Origin: Macrostomum hystrix
Taxonomy: Eukaryota > Animalia > Platyhelminthes
Reading direction: 5' to 3'
Length of the DNA: 64,000 nucleotides
Assembly (NCBI GenBank): GCA_950097015.1
Contig: CATNEN010000030.1
Coordinates: 4,774,001-4,838,000 of the forward strand
Every line of letters begins with the position of its first letter. Position 1 is the stretch's first letter. The notes below the pieces were generated by a model. That model was not told the DNA's origin. It ran no database searches and saw only the letters and a list, made by a program, of their open reading frames with translations. Made by a program: the position numbers and the translations under genes. Shown here in pieces: positions 43,501 through 55,500 of this stretch.

Positions 43501-46500
43501 GAAGAGTTTTAAGAACAATTAAAGCACATTTTACGCGCTCAAGAACAGCTTGGCGCGTGCTGCTTGCAAAGAGTGCGTTACGCTGCTAATTCAGCACAGA
43601 GTATTGGCGCTGATGGCAATTTGCTGGATTGAAAAATGTGTTTAATATTACCAGCACTCACAGTGTGCAGGAAGATGGCAATGCAGGAAAGACATCGAGC
43701 TTGCGCTATATATAAGTTCCAGCTAGCTTTTCTCATGAATCGTAGTTTGCTGCTTTATTAGCACTTAATACAGGCTTTCACAGGTCTAGCTTCTTGCTTG
43801 ACAATGAAGAGTTTAAAGAACAATTAAAGCACATTTTGCGCGCTCAAGAACAGCTTGGCGCGTGCTGCTTGCAAGGAGTGCGTTACGCTGCTATTTCAGC
43901 ACAGAGTATTGGCGCTCATCGCAATTTGCTGGATTGAAAAATGTGTTTAACATTTCCAGCACTCACAGTGTGCAGGAAGATGGCAATGCAGGGCTGACAT
44001 CGAGCTTGCGCTATATATAAGTTCCAGCTAGCTTTTCTCATGAATCGTAGTTTGCTGCTTTATTTATAAGTTCTAGCTAGCTTTTCTCATTAATCGTAGT
44101 TTGCTGCTTTATTAGCACTTAATACAGGCTTTCACAGGTCTAGCTTCTTGCTTGACAATGAAGAGTTTTAAGAACAATTAAAGCACCTTTTACGCGCTCA
44201 AGAACAGCTTGTCGCGTGCTACTTGCACGGAGTGCGTTACGCTGCTATTTCAGCACAGAGCATAGGCGCTGATGGCAATTTGCTGGATTGAAAAATGTGT
44301 TTAACATTACCAGCACTCAGAGTGTGCAGGAAGATGGCAATGCAGGGCCGACATCGAGCTTGCGCCATATATAAGTTCCATCAAGCTTTTCTCATGAATC
44401 GTAGTTTGCTGCTCTATTATCACCTAATACAGGCTTTCACAGGTCTAGCTTCTTGCTTGACAAGGAAGAGTTTCAAGAAAAATTAAAGCACCTTTTACGC
44501 GCTCAAGAACAGCTTGGCGCGTGCTGCTTACAAGGAGTGCGTTACGCTGCTAATTCAGCACAGAGTATTGGCGCTGATGGCAATTTGCTGGATTCAAAAT
44601 TGTGTTTAACATTACCAGCACTTACAGTGTGCTGGAAGATGGCAATGCAGGGCTGACATCGAGCTTGCGCTATTTATAAGTTTCAGCTAGCTTTTCTCAT
44701 GAATCGTAGTTTTCTGCTTAATTTATAAGTTCCAGCTAGCTTTTCTCATGAATCGTAGTTTGCTGCTTTATCAGCACTTAATGCAGGCTTTCACAGGTCT
44801 AGCTTCTTGCTTGACAATGAACAGTTTAAAGAACAATTAAAGCACATTTTACGCGCTCAAGAACAGCATGGCGCGTGCTGCTTGCAAGGAGTGCGTTTCG
44901 CTACTAATTCAGCACAGAGTATTGGCGCTGATGGCAATTTGCTGGATTTAAAAAAGCCTTCACGTTTACCAACACTCACAGTGTGCAGTGCAGGGTGCAG
45001 TGCAGATGGTAATGCAGGGAAAACATCGAAGTGTGCGCTGTAAATAAGTTCCAGCTAGCTTTTCTCATGAATCGTAGTTACTTGCTACATAAGCACTTGA
45101 AGCTGGCTTTCACAGGTCTAGCTTCTTGCTTGACAATGAAGAGTTTTAAGAACAATTAAAGCACCTTTTACGCGCTGAAGAACAGCTTGGCGCGTGCAGC
45201 TTGCAAGGAGTGCGTTCCGCTACTAATTCAGCACAGAGTATTGGCGCTGATGAAAATTTGCTGGATTGAAAAATGTGTTTAATATTACCAGCACTCACAG
45301 TGTGCAGGAAGATGGCAATGCAGGGCCGACATCGAGCTTGCGCTATATAGAAGTTCCAGCTAGCTTTTCTCATGAATCGTAGTTTGCTGCTTTATTAGCA
45401 CTTAATGCAGGCTTTCACAGGTCTAGTTTCTTGCTTGACAATGAAGAGTTTTAAGAACAATTAAAGCACCTTTTACGCGCTGAAGAACAGCTTGGCGCGT
45501 GCAGCTTGCAAGGAGTGCGTTCCGCTACTAATTCAGCACAGAGTATTGGCGCTGATGGCAATTTGCTGGATTGAAAAATGTGTTTAATATTACCAGCACT
45601 CACAGTGTGCAGGAAGATGGCAATGCAGGAAAGACATCGAGCTTGCGCTATATATAAGTTCCAGCTAGCTTTTCTCATGAATCGTAGTTTGCTGCTTTAT
45701 TAGCACTTAATACAGGCTTTCACAGGTCTAGCTTCTTGCTTGACAATGAAGAGTTTAAAGAACAATTAAAGCACATTTTGCGCGCTCAAGAACAGCTTGG
45801 CGCGTGCTGCTTGCAAGGAGTGCGTTACGCTGCTATTTCAGCACAGAGTATTGGCTCTCATCGCAATTTGCTGGATTGAAAAATGTGTTTAACATTTCCA
45901 GCACTCACAGTGTGCAGGAAGATGGCAATGCAGGGCTGACATCGAGCTTGCGCTATATATAAGTTCCAGCTAGCTTTTCTCATGAATCGTAGTTTGCTGC
46001 TTTATTTATAAGTTCTAGCTAGCTTTTCTCATTAATCGTAGTTTGCTGCTTTATTAGCACTTAATACAGGCTTTCACAGGTCTAGCTTCTTGCTTGACAA
46101 TGAAGAGTTTTAAGAACAATTAAAGCACCTTTTACGCGCTCAAGAACAGCTTGTCGCGTGCTACTTGCACGGAGTGCGTTACGCTGCTATTTCAGCACAG
46201 AGCATAGGCGCTGATGGCAATTTGCTGGATTGAAAAATGTGTTTAACATTACCCGCACTCACAGTGTGCAGGAAGATGGCAATGCAGGGCCGACATCGAG
46301 CTTGCGCCATATATAAGTTCCATCAAGCTTTTCTCATGAATCGTAGTTTGCTGCTCTATTATCACCTAATACAGGCTTTCACAGGTCTAGCTTCTTGCTT
46401 GACAAGGAAGAGTTTCAAGAAAAATTAAAGCACCTTTTACGCGCTCAAGAACAGCTTGGCGCGTGCTGCTTACAAGGAGTGCGTTACGCTGCTAATTCAG

Positions 46501-49500
46501 CACAGAGTATTGGCGCTGATGGCAATTTGCTGGATTCAAAATTGTGTTTAACATTACCAGCACTTACAGTGTGCTGGAAGATGGCAATGCAGGGCTGACA
46601 TCGAGCTTGCGCTATTTATAAGTTTCAGCTAGCTTTTCTCATGAATCGTAGTTTGCTGCTTAATTTATAAGTTCCAGCTTAGCTTTTCTCATGAATCGTA
46701 GTTTGCTGCTTTATCAGCACTTAATGCAGGCTTTCACAGGTCTAGCTTCTTGCTTGACAATGAACAGTTTAAAGAACAATTAAAGCACATTTTACGCGCT
46801 CAAGAACAGCATGGCGCGTGCTGCTTGCAAGGAGTGCGTTTCGCTACTAATTCAGCACAGAGTATTGGCGCTGATGGCAATTTGCTGGATTTAAAAAGCC
46901 TTCACGTTTACCAACACTCACAGTGTGCAGTGCAGGGTGCAGTGCAGATGGTAATGCAGGGAAAACATCGAAGTGTGCGCTGTAAATAAGTTCCAGCAAG
47001 CTTTTCTCATGAATCGTAGTTACTTGCTACATAAGCACTTGAAGCTGGCTTTCACAGGTCTAGCTTCTTGCTTGACAATGAAGAGTTTTAAGAACAATTA
47101 AAGCACCTTTTACGCGCTGAAGAACAGCTTGGCGCGTGCAGCTTGCAAGGAGTGCGTTCCGCTACTAATTCAGCACAGAGTATTGGCGCTGATGAAAATT
47201 TGCTGGATTGAAAAATGTGTTTAATATTACCAGCACTCACAGTGTGCAGCAAGATGGCAATGCAGGGCTGACATCGAGCTTGCGCTATATATAAGTTCCA
47301 GCTAGCTTTTCTCATGAATCGTAGTTTGCTGCTTTATTAGCACTTAATGCAGGCTTTCACAGGTCTAGTTTCTTGCTTGACAATGAAGAGTTTTAAGAAC
47401 AATTAAAGCACCTTTTACGCGCTGAAGAACAGCTTGGCGCGTGCAGCTTGCAAGGAGTGCGTTCCGCTACTAATTCAGCACAGAGTATTGGCGCTGATGG
47501 CAATTTGCTGGATTGAAAAATGTGTTTAATATTACCAGCACTCACAGTGTGCAGGAAGATGGCAATGCAGGGCTGACATCGAGCTTGCGCTATATATAAG
47601 TTCCAGCTAGCTTTTCTCATGAATCGTACTCGTAGTTTGCTGCTTTATCAGCACTTAATGCAGGCTTTCACAGGTCTAGCTTCTTGCTTGACAATGAACA
47701 GTTTAAAGAACAATTTAAGCACATTTTACGCACTCAAGAACAGCTTGGCGCGTGCTGCTTGCAAGGAGTGCGTTTCGCTACTAATTCAGCACAGAGTATT
47801 GGCGCTGATGGCAATTTGCTGGATTTAAAAAAGCCTTCACGTTTACCAACACTCACAGTGTGCAGTGCAGGGTGCAGTGCAGATGGTAATGCAGGGAAAA
47901 CATCGAAGTGTGCGCTGTAAATAAGTTCCAGCTAGCTTTTCTCATGAATCGTAGTTACTTGCTACATAAGCACTTGAAGCTGGCTTTCACAGGTCTAGCT
48001 TCTTGCTTGACAATGAAGAGTTTTAAGAACAATTAAAGCACCTTTTACGCGCTGAAGAACAGCTTGGCGCGTGCTGCTTGCAAGGAGTGCGTTCCGCTAC
48101 TAATTCAGCACAGAGTATTGGCGCTGATGGAAATTGGCTGGATTGAAAAATGTGTTTAATATTACCAGCACTCACAGTGTGCAGGAAGATGGCAATGCAG
48201 GGCTGACATCGAGCTTGCGCTATATATAAGTTCCAGCTAGCTTTTCTCATGAATCGTAGTTTGCTGCTTTATTAGCACTTAATGCAGGCTTTCACAGGTC
48301 TAGCTTCTTGCTTGACAATGAAGAGTTTTAAGAACAATTAAAGCACCTTTTACGCGCTGAAGAACAGCTTGGCGCGTGCAGCTTGCAAGGAGTGCGTTCC
48401 GCTACTAATTCAGCACAGAGTATTGGCGCTGATGGCAATTTGCTGGATTGAAAAATGTGTTTAATATTACCAGCACTCACAGTGTGCAGGAAGATGGCAA
48501 TGCAGGGCTGACATCGAGCTTGCGCTATTTAGAAGTTCCAGCTAGCTTTTCTCATGAATCGTAGTTTGCTGCTTTATCAGCACTTAATGCAGGCTTTCAC
48601 AGGTCTAGCTTCTTGCTTGACAATGAACAGTTTAAAGAACAATTAAAGCACATTTAACGCGCTCAAGAACAGCTTGGCGCGTGCTGCTTGCAAGGAGTGC
48701 GTTTCGCTACTAATTCAGCACAGAGTATTGGCGCTGATGGCAATTTGCTGGATTTAAAAAAGCCTTCACGTTTACCAACACTCACAGTGTGCAGTGCAGG
48801 GTGCAGTGCAGATGGTAATGCAGGGAAAACATCGAAGTGTGCGCTGTAAATAAGTTCCAGCAAGCTTTTCTCATGAATCGTAGTTACTTGCTACATAAGC
48901 ACTTGAAGCTGGCTTTCACAGGTCTAGCTTCTTGCTTGACAATGAAGAGTTTTAAGAACAATTAAAGCACCTTTTACGCGCTGAAGAACAGCTTGGCGCG
49001 TGCTGCTTGCAAAGAGTGTGTTACGCTGCTAATTCAGCAGAGTATTGGCGCTGATGGCCATTTGCTGGATTGAAAAATGTGTTGAACATTACCAGCACTC
49101 ACAGTGTGCAGGAAGATGACAATGCAGGGCTGACATCGAGCTTGCGCTATAAATTATTTCCAGCTAGCTTTTCTCATGAATCGTAGTTTGCTGCTTTATT
49201 AGCACTTAATACAGGCTTTCACAGGTCTAGCTTCTTGCTTGACAATGAAGAGTTGTAAGAACAAATAAAGCACCTTTTACGCGCTCAAGAACAGCTTGGC
49301 GCGTTCTGCTTGCAGGGAGTGCGTTACGCTGCTAATTCAGCACAGAGTATTGGCGCTGATGGCAATTTGCTGGATTGAAAAATTTGTTCAAAATTACCAG
49401 CACTCACAGTGTGCAGGAAGATGGCAATGCAGGGCTGACATCGAGCTTGCGCTATATATAAGTTCCAGCTAGCTTTTCTCATGAATCGTAGTTTGCTGCT

Positions 49501-52500
49501 TTATTAGCACTTAATACAGGCTTTCACAGGTCTAGCTTCTTGCTTGACAATGAAGAGTTTGAAGAACAATTAAAGCACCATTTACGCGCTGAAGAACAGC
49601 TTGGCGCGTGCTGCTTGCAAGGAGTGCATTACGCTGCTAATTAAGCACAGAGTATTGGCGCTGATGGAAATTTGCTGGATTGAAAAATGTGTTTAACATT
49701 TCCAGCACTCACAGTGTGCAGGAAGATGGCAATGCAGGGCTGACATCGAGCTTGCGCTATATACGCTCGTATAAGTTCCAGCTTGCTTTTCTCATGAATC
49801 GTAGTTTGCTGCTTTATTAGCACTTAATGCAGGCCTTCACAGGTCTAGCTTCTTGCTTGACAATGAAGAGTTTAAAGAACAATTAAAGCACCTTTTACGC
49901 GCTGAAGAACAGCTTGGCGCGTGCTGCTTGCAAGGAGTGCGTTTCGCTACTAATTCAGCACAGAGTATTGGCGCTGATGGCAATTTGCTGGATTTAAAAA
50001 AGCCTTCACGTTTACCAACACTCACAGTGTGCAGTGCAGGGTGCAGTGCAGATGGTAATGCAGGGAAAACATCGAAGTGTGCGCTGTAAATAAGTTCCAG
50101 CTAGCTTTTCTCATGAATCGTAGTTACTTGCTACATAAGCACTTGAAGCTGGCTTTCACAGGTCTAGCTTCTTGCTTGACAATGAAGAGTTTTAAGAACA
50201 ATTAAAGCACCTTTTACGCGCTGAAGAACAGCTTGGCGCGTGCAGCTTGCAAGGAGTGCGTTCCGCTACTAATTCAGCACAGAGTATTGGCGCTGATGAA
50301 AATTTGCTGGATTGAAAAATGTGTTTAATATTACCAGCACTCACAGTGTGCAGCAAGATGGCAATGCAGGGCTGACATCGAGCTTGCGCTATATATAAGT
50401 TCCAGCTAGCTTTTCTCATGAATCGTAGTTTGCTGCTTTATTAGCACTTAATGCAGGCTTTCACAGGTCTAGTTTCTTGCTTGACAATGAAGAGTTTTAA
50501 GAACAATTAAAGCACCTTTTACGCGCTGAAGAACAGCTTGGCGCGTGCAGCTTGCAAGGAGTGCGTTCCGCTACTAATTCAGCACAGAGTATTGGCGCTG
50601 ATGGCAATTTGCTGGATTGAAAAATGTGTTTAATATTACCAGCACTCACAGTGTGCAGGAAGATGGCAATGCAGGGCTGACATCGAGCTTGCGCTATATA
50701 TAAGTTCCAGCTAGCTTTTCTCATGAATCGTACTCGTAGTTTGCTGCTTTATCAGCACTTAATGCAGGCTTTCACAGGTCTAGCTTCTTGCTTGACAATG
50801 AACAGTTTAAAGAACAATTTAAGCACATTTTACGCACTCAAGAACAGCTTGGCGCGTGCTGCTTGCAAGGAGTGCGTTTCGCTACTAATTCAGCACAGAG
50901 TATTGGCGCTGATGGCAATTTGCTGGATTTAAAAAAGCCTTCACGTTTACCAACACTCACAGTGTGCAGTGCAGGGTGCAGTGCAGATGGTAATGCAGGG
51001 AAAACATCGAAGTGTGCGCTGTAAATAAGTTCCAGCTAGCTTTTCTCATGAATCGTAGTTACTTGCTACATAAGCACTTGAAGCTGGCTTTCACAGGTCT
51101 AGCTTCTTGCTTGACAATGAAGAGTTTTAAGAACAATTAAAGCACCTTTTACGCGCTGAAGAACAGCTTGGCGCGTGCTGCTTGCAAGGAGTGCGTTCCG
51201 CTACTAATTCAGCACAGAGTATTGGCGCTGATGGAAATTGGCTGGATTGAAAAATGTGTTTAATATTACCAGCACTCACAGTGTGCAGGAAGATGGCAAT
51301 GCAGGGCTGACATCGAGCTTGCGCTATATATAAGTTCCAGCTAGCTTTTCTCATGAATCGTAGTTTGCTGCTTTATTAGCACTTAATGCAGGCTTTCACA
51401 GGTCTAGCTTCTTGCTTGACAATGAAGAGTTTTAAGAACAATTAAAGCACCTTTTACGCGCTGAAGAACAGCTTGGCGCGTGCAGCTTGCAAGGAGTGCG
51501 TTCCGCTACTAATTCAGCACAGAGTATTGGCGCTGATGGCAATTTGCTGGATTGAAAAATGTGTTTAATATTACCAGCACTCACAGTGTGCAGGAAGATG
51601 GCAATGCAGGGCTGACATCGAGCTTGCGCTATTTAGAAGTTCCAGCTAGCTTTTCTCATGAATCGTAGTTTGCTGCTTTATCAGCACTTAATGCAGGCTT
51701 TCACAGGTCTAGCTTCTTGCTTGACAATGAACAGTTTAAAGAACAATTAAAGCACATTTTACGCACTCAAGAACAGCTTGGCGCGTGCTGCTTGCAAGGA
51801 GTGCGTTTCGCTACTAATTCAGCACAGAGTATTGGCGCTGATGGCAATTTGCTGGATTTAAAAAAGCCTTCACGTTTACCAACACTCACAGTGTGCAGTG
51901 CAGGGTGCAGTGCAGATGGTAATGCAGGGAAAACATCGAAGTGTGCGCTGTAAATAAGTTCCAGCTAGCTTTTCTCATGAATCGTAGTTACTTGCTACAT
52001 AAGCACTTGAAGCTGGCTTTCACAGGTCTAGCTTCTTGCTTGACAATGAAGAGTTTTAAGAACAATTAAAGCACCTTTTACGCGCTGAAGAACAGCTTGG
52101 CGCGTGCTGCTTGCAAGGAGTGCGTTCCGCTACTAATTCAGCACAGAGTATTGGCGCTGATGGAAATTGGCTGGATTGAAAAATGTGTTTAATATTACCA
52201 GCACTCACAGTGTGCAGGAAGATGGCAATGCAGGGCTGACATCGAGCTTGCGCTATATATAAGTTCCAGCTAGCTTTTCTCATGAATCGTAGTTTGCTGC
52301 TTTATTAGCACTTAATGCAGGCTTTCACAGGTCTAGCTTCTTGCTTGACAATGAAGAGTTTTAAGAACAATTAAAGCACCTTTTACGCGCTGAAGAACAG
52401 CTTGGCGCGTGCAGCTTGCAAGGAGTGCGTTCCGCTACTAATTCAGCACAGAGTATTGGCGCTGATGGCAATTTGCTGGATTGAAAAATGTGTTTAATAT

Positions 52501-55500
52501 TACCAGCACTCACAGTGTGCAGGAAGATGGCAATGCAGGGCTGACATCGAGCTTGCGCTATTTAGAAGTTCCAGCTAGCTTTTCTCATGAATCGTAGTTT
52601 GCTGCTTTATCAGCACTTAATGCAGGCTTTCACAGGTCTAGCTTCTTGCTTGACAATGAACAGTTTAAAGAACAATTAAAGCACATTTTACGCGCTCAAG
52701 AACAGCTTGGCGCGTGCTGCTTGCAAGGAGTGCGTTTCGCTACTAATTCAGCACAGAGTATTGGCGCTGATGGCAATTTGCTGGATTTAAAAAAGCCTTC
52801 ACGTTTACCAACACTCACAGTGTGCAGTGCAGGGTGCAGTGCAGATGGTAATGCAGGGAAAACATCGAAGTGTGCGCTGTAAATAAGTTCCAGCAAGCTT
52901 TTCTCATGAATCGTAGTTACTTGCTACATAAGCACTTGAAGCTGGCTTTCACAGGTCTAGCTTCTTGCTTGACAATGAAGAGTTTTAAGAACAATTAAAG
53001 CACCTTTTACGCGCTGAAGAACAGCTTGGCGCGTGCTGCTTGCAAAGAGTGTGTTACGCTGCTAATTCAGCAGAGTATTGGCGCTGATGGCCATTTGCTG
53101 GATTGAAAAATGTGTTGAACATTACCAGCACTCACAGTGTGCAGGAAGATGACAATGCAGGGCTGACATCGAGCTTGCGCTATAAATTATTTCCAGCTAG
53201 CTTTTCTCATGAATCGTAGTTTGCTGCTTTATTAGCACTTAATACAGGCTTTCACAGGTCTAGCTTCTTGCTTGACAATGAAGAGTTGTAAGAACAAATA
53301 AAGCACCTTTTACGCGCTCAAGAACAGCTTGGCGCGTTCTGCTTGCAGGGAGTGCGTTACGCTGCTAATTCAGCACAGAGTATTGGCGCTGATGGCAATT
53401 TGCTGGATTGAAAAATTTGTTCAAAATTACCAGCACTCACAGTGTGCAGGAAGATGGCAATGCAGGGCTGACATCGAGCTTGTGCTATATATAAGTTCCA
53501 GCTAGCTTTTCTCATGAATCGTAGTTTGCTGCTTTATTAGCACTTAATACAGGCTTTCACAGGTCTAGCTTCTTGCTTGACAATGAAGAGTTTGAAGAAC
53601 AATTAAAGCACCATTTACGCGCTGAAGAACAGCTTGGCGCGTGCTGCTTGCAAGGAGTGCATTACGCTGCTAATTAAGCACAGAGTATTGGCGCTGATGG
53701 AAATTTGCTGGATTGAAAAATGTGTTTAACATTTCCAGCACTCACAGTGTGCAGGAAGATGGCAATGCAGGGCTGACATCGAGCTTGCGCTATATACGCT
53801 CGTATAAGTTCCAGCTTGCTTTTCTCATGAATCGTAGTTTGCTGCTTTATTAGCACTTAATGCAGGCCTTCACAGGTCTAGCTTCTTGCTTGACAATGAA
53901 GAGTTTAAAGAACAATTAAAGCACCTTTTACGCGCTGAAGAACAGCTTGGCGCGTGCTGCTTGCAAGGAGTGCATTACGCTGCTAATTCAGCACGGAGTA
54001 TTGGCGCTGATGGAAATTTGCTGGATTGAAAAATGTGTTTCACATTTCCAGCACTCACAGTGTGCAGGAAGATGGCAATGCAGGGCTAACATCGAGCTTG
54101 CGCTATATATAAGTTCCAGCTAGCTTTTCTCATGAATCGTAGTTTGCTGCTTTATTAGCACTTAATACAGGCTTTCACAGGTCTAGCTTCTTGCTTGACA
54201 ATGAAGAGTTTAAAGAACAATTAAAGCACATTTTACGCGCTCAAGAACAGCTTGGCGCGTGCTGCTTGCAAAGAGTGCGTTACGCTGCTAATTCAGCACA
54301 GAGTATTGGCGCTGATGGCAATTTGCTGGATTGAAAAATGTGTTTAATATTACCAGCACTCACAGTGTGCAGGAAGATGGCAATGCAGGAAAGACATCGA
54401 GCTTGCGCTATATATAAGTTCCAGCTAGCTTTTCTCATGAATCGTAGTTTGCTGCTTTATTAGCACTTAATACAGGCTTTCACAGGTCTAGCTTCTTGCT
54501 TGACAATGAAGAGTTTAAAGAACAATTAAAGCACATTTTACGCGCTCAAGAACAGCTTGGCGCGTGCTGCTTGCAAGGAGTGCGTTACGCTGCTATTTCA
54601 GCACAGAGTATTGGCGCTCATCGCAATTTGCTGGATTGAAAAATGTGTTTAACATTTCCAGCACTCACAGTGTGCAGGAAGATGGCAATGCAGGGCTGAC
54701 ATCGAGCTTGCGCTATATATAAGTTCCAGCTAGCTTTTCTCATGAATCGTAGTTTGCTGCTTTATTTATAAGTTCTAGCTAGCTTTTCTCATTAATCGTA
54801 GTTTGCTGCTTTATTAGCACTTAATACAGGCTTTCACAGGTCTAGCTTCTTGCTTGACAATGAAGAGTTTTAAGAACAATTAAAGCACCTTTTACGCGCT
54901 CAAGAACAGCTTGTCGCGTGCTACTTGCACGGAGTGCGTTACGCTGCTATTTCAGCACAGAGCATAGGCGCTGATGGCAATTTGCTGGATTGAAAAATGT
55001 GTTTAACATTACCAGCACTCACAGTGTGCAGGAAGATGGCAATGCAGGGCCGACATCGAGCTTGCGCCATATATAAGTTCCATCAAGCTTTTCTCATGAA
55101 TCGTAGTTTGCTGCTTTATTTATAAGTTCTAGCTAGCTTTTCTCATGAATCGTAGTTTGCTGCTTTATTAGCACTTAATACAGGCTTTCACAGGTCTAGC
55201 TTCTTGCTTGACAATGAAGAGTTTTAAGAACAATTAAAGCACCTTTTACGCGCAGAAGAACAGCTTGGCGCGTGCTGCTTGCAAGGAGTGCGTTACGCTG
55301 CTAATTCAGCACAGAGTATTGGCGCTGATGGCAATTTGCTGGATTGAAAAATGTGTTTAACATTACCAGCACTCACAGTGTGCAGGAAGATGGCAATGCA
55401 GGGCTGACATCGAGCTTGCGCTATATATAAGTTCCAGCTAGCTTTTCTCATGAATCGTAGTTTGCTGCTTTATTAGCACTTAATACAGGCTTTCACAGGT

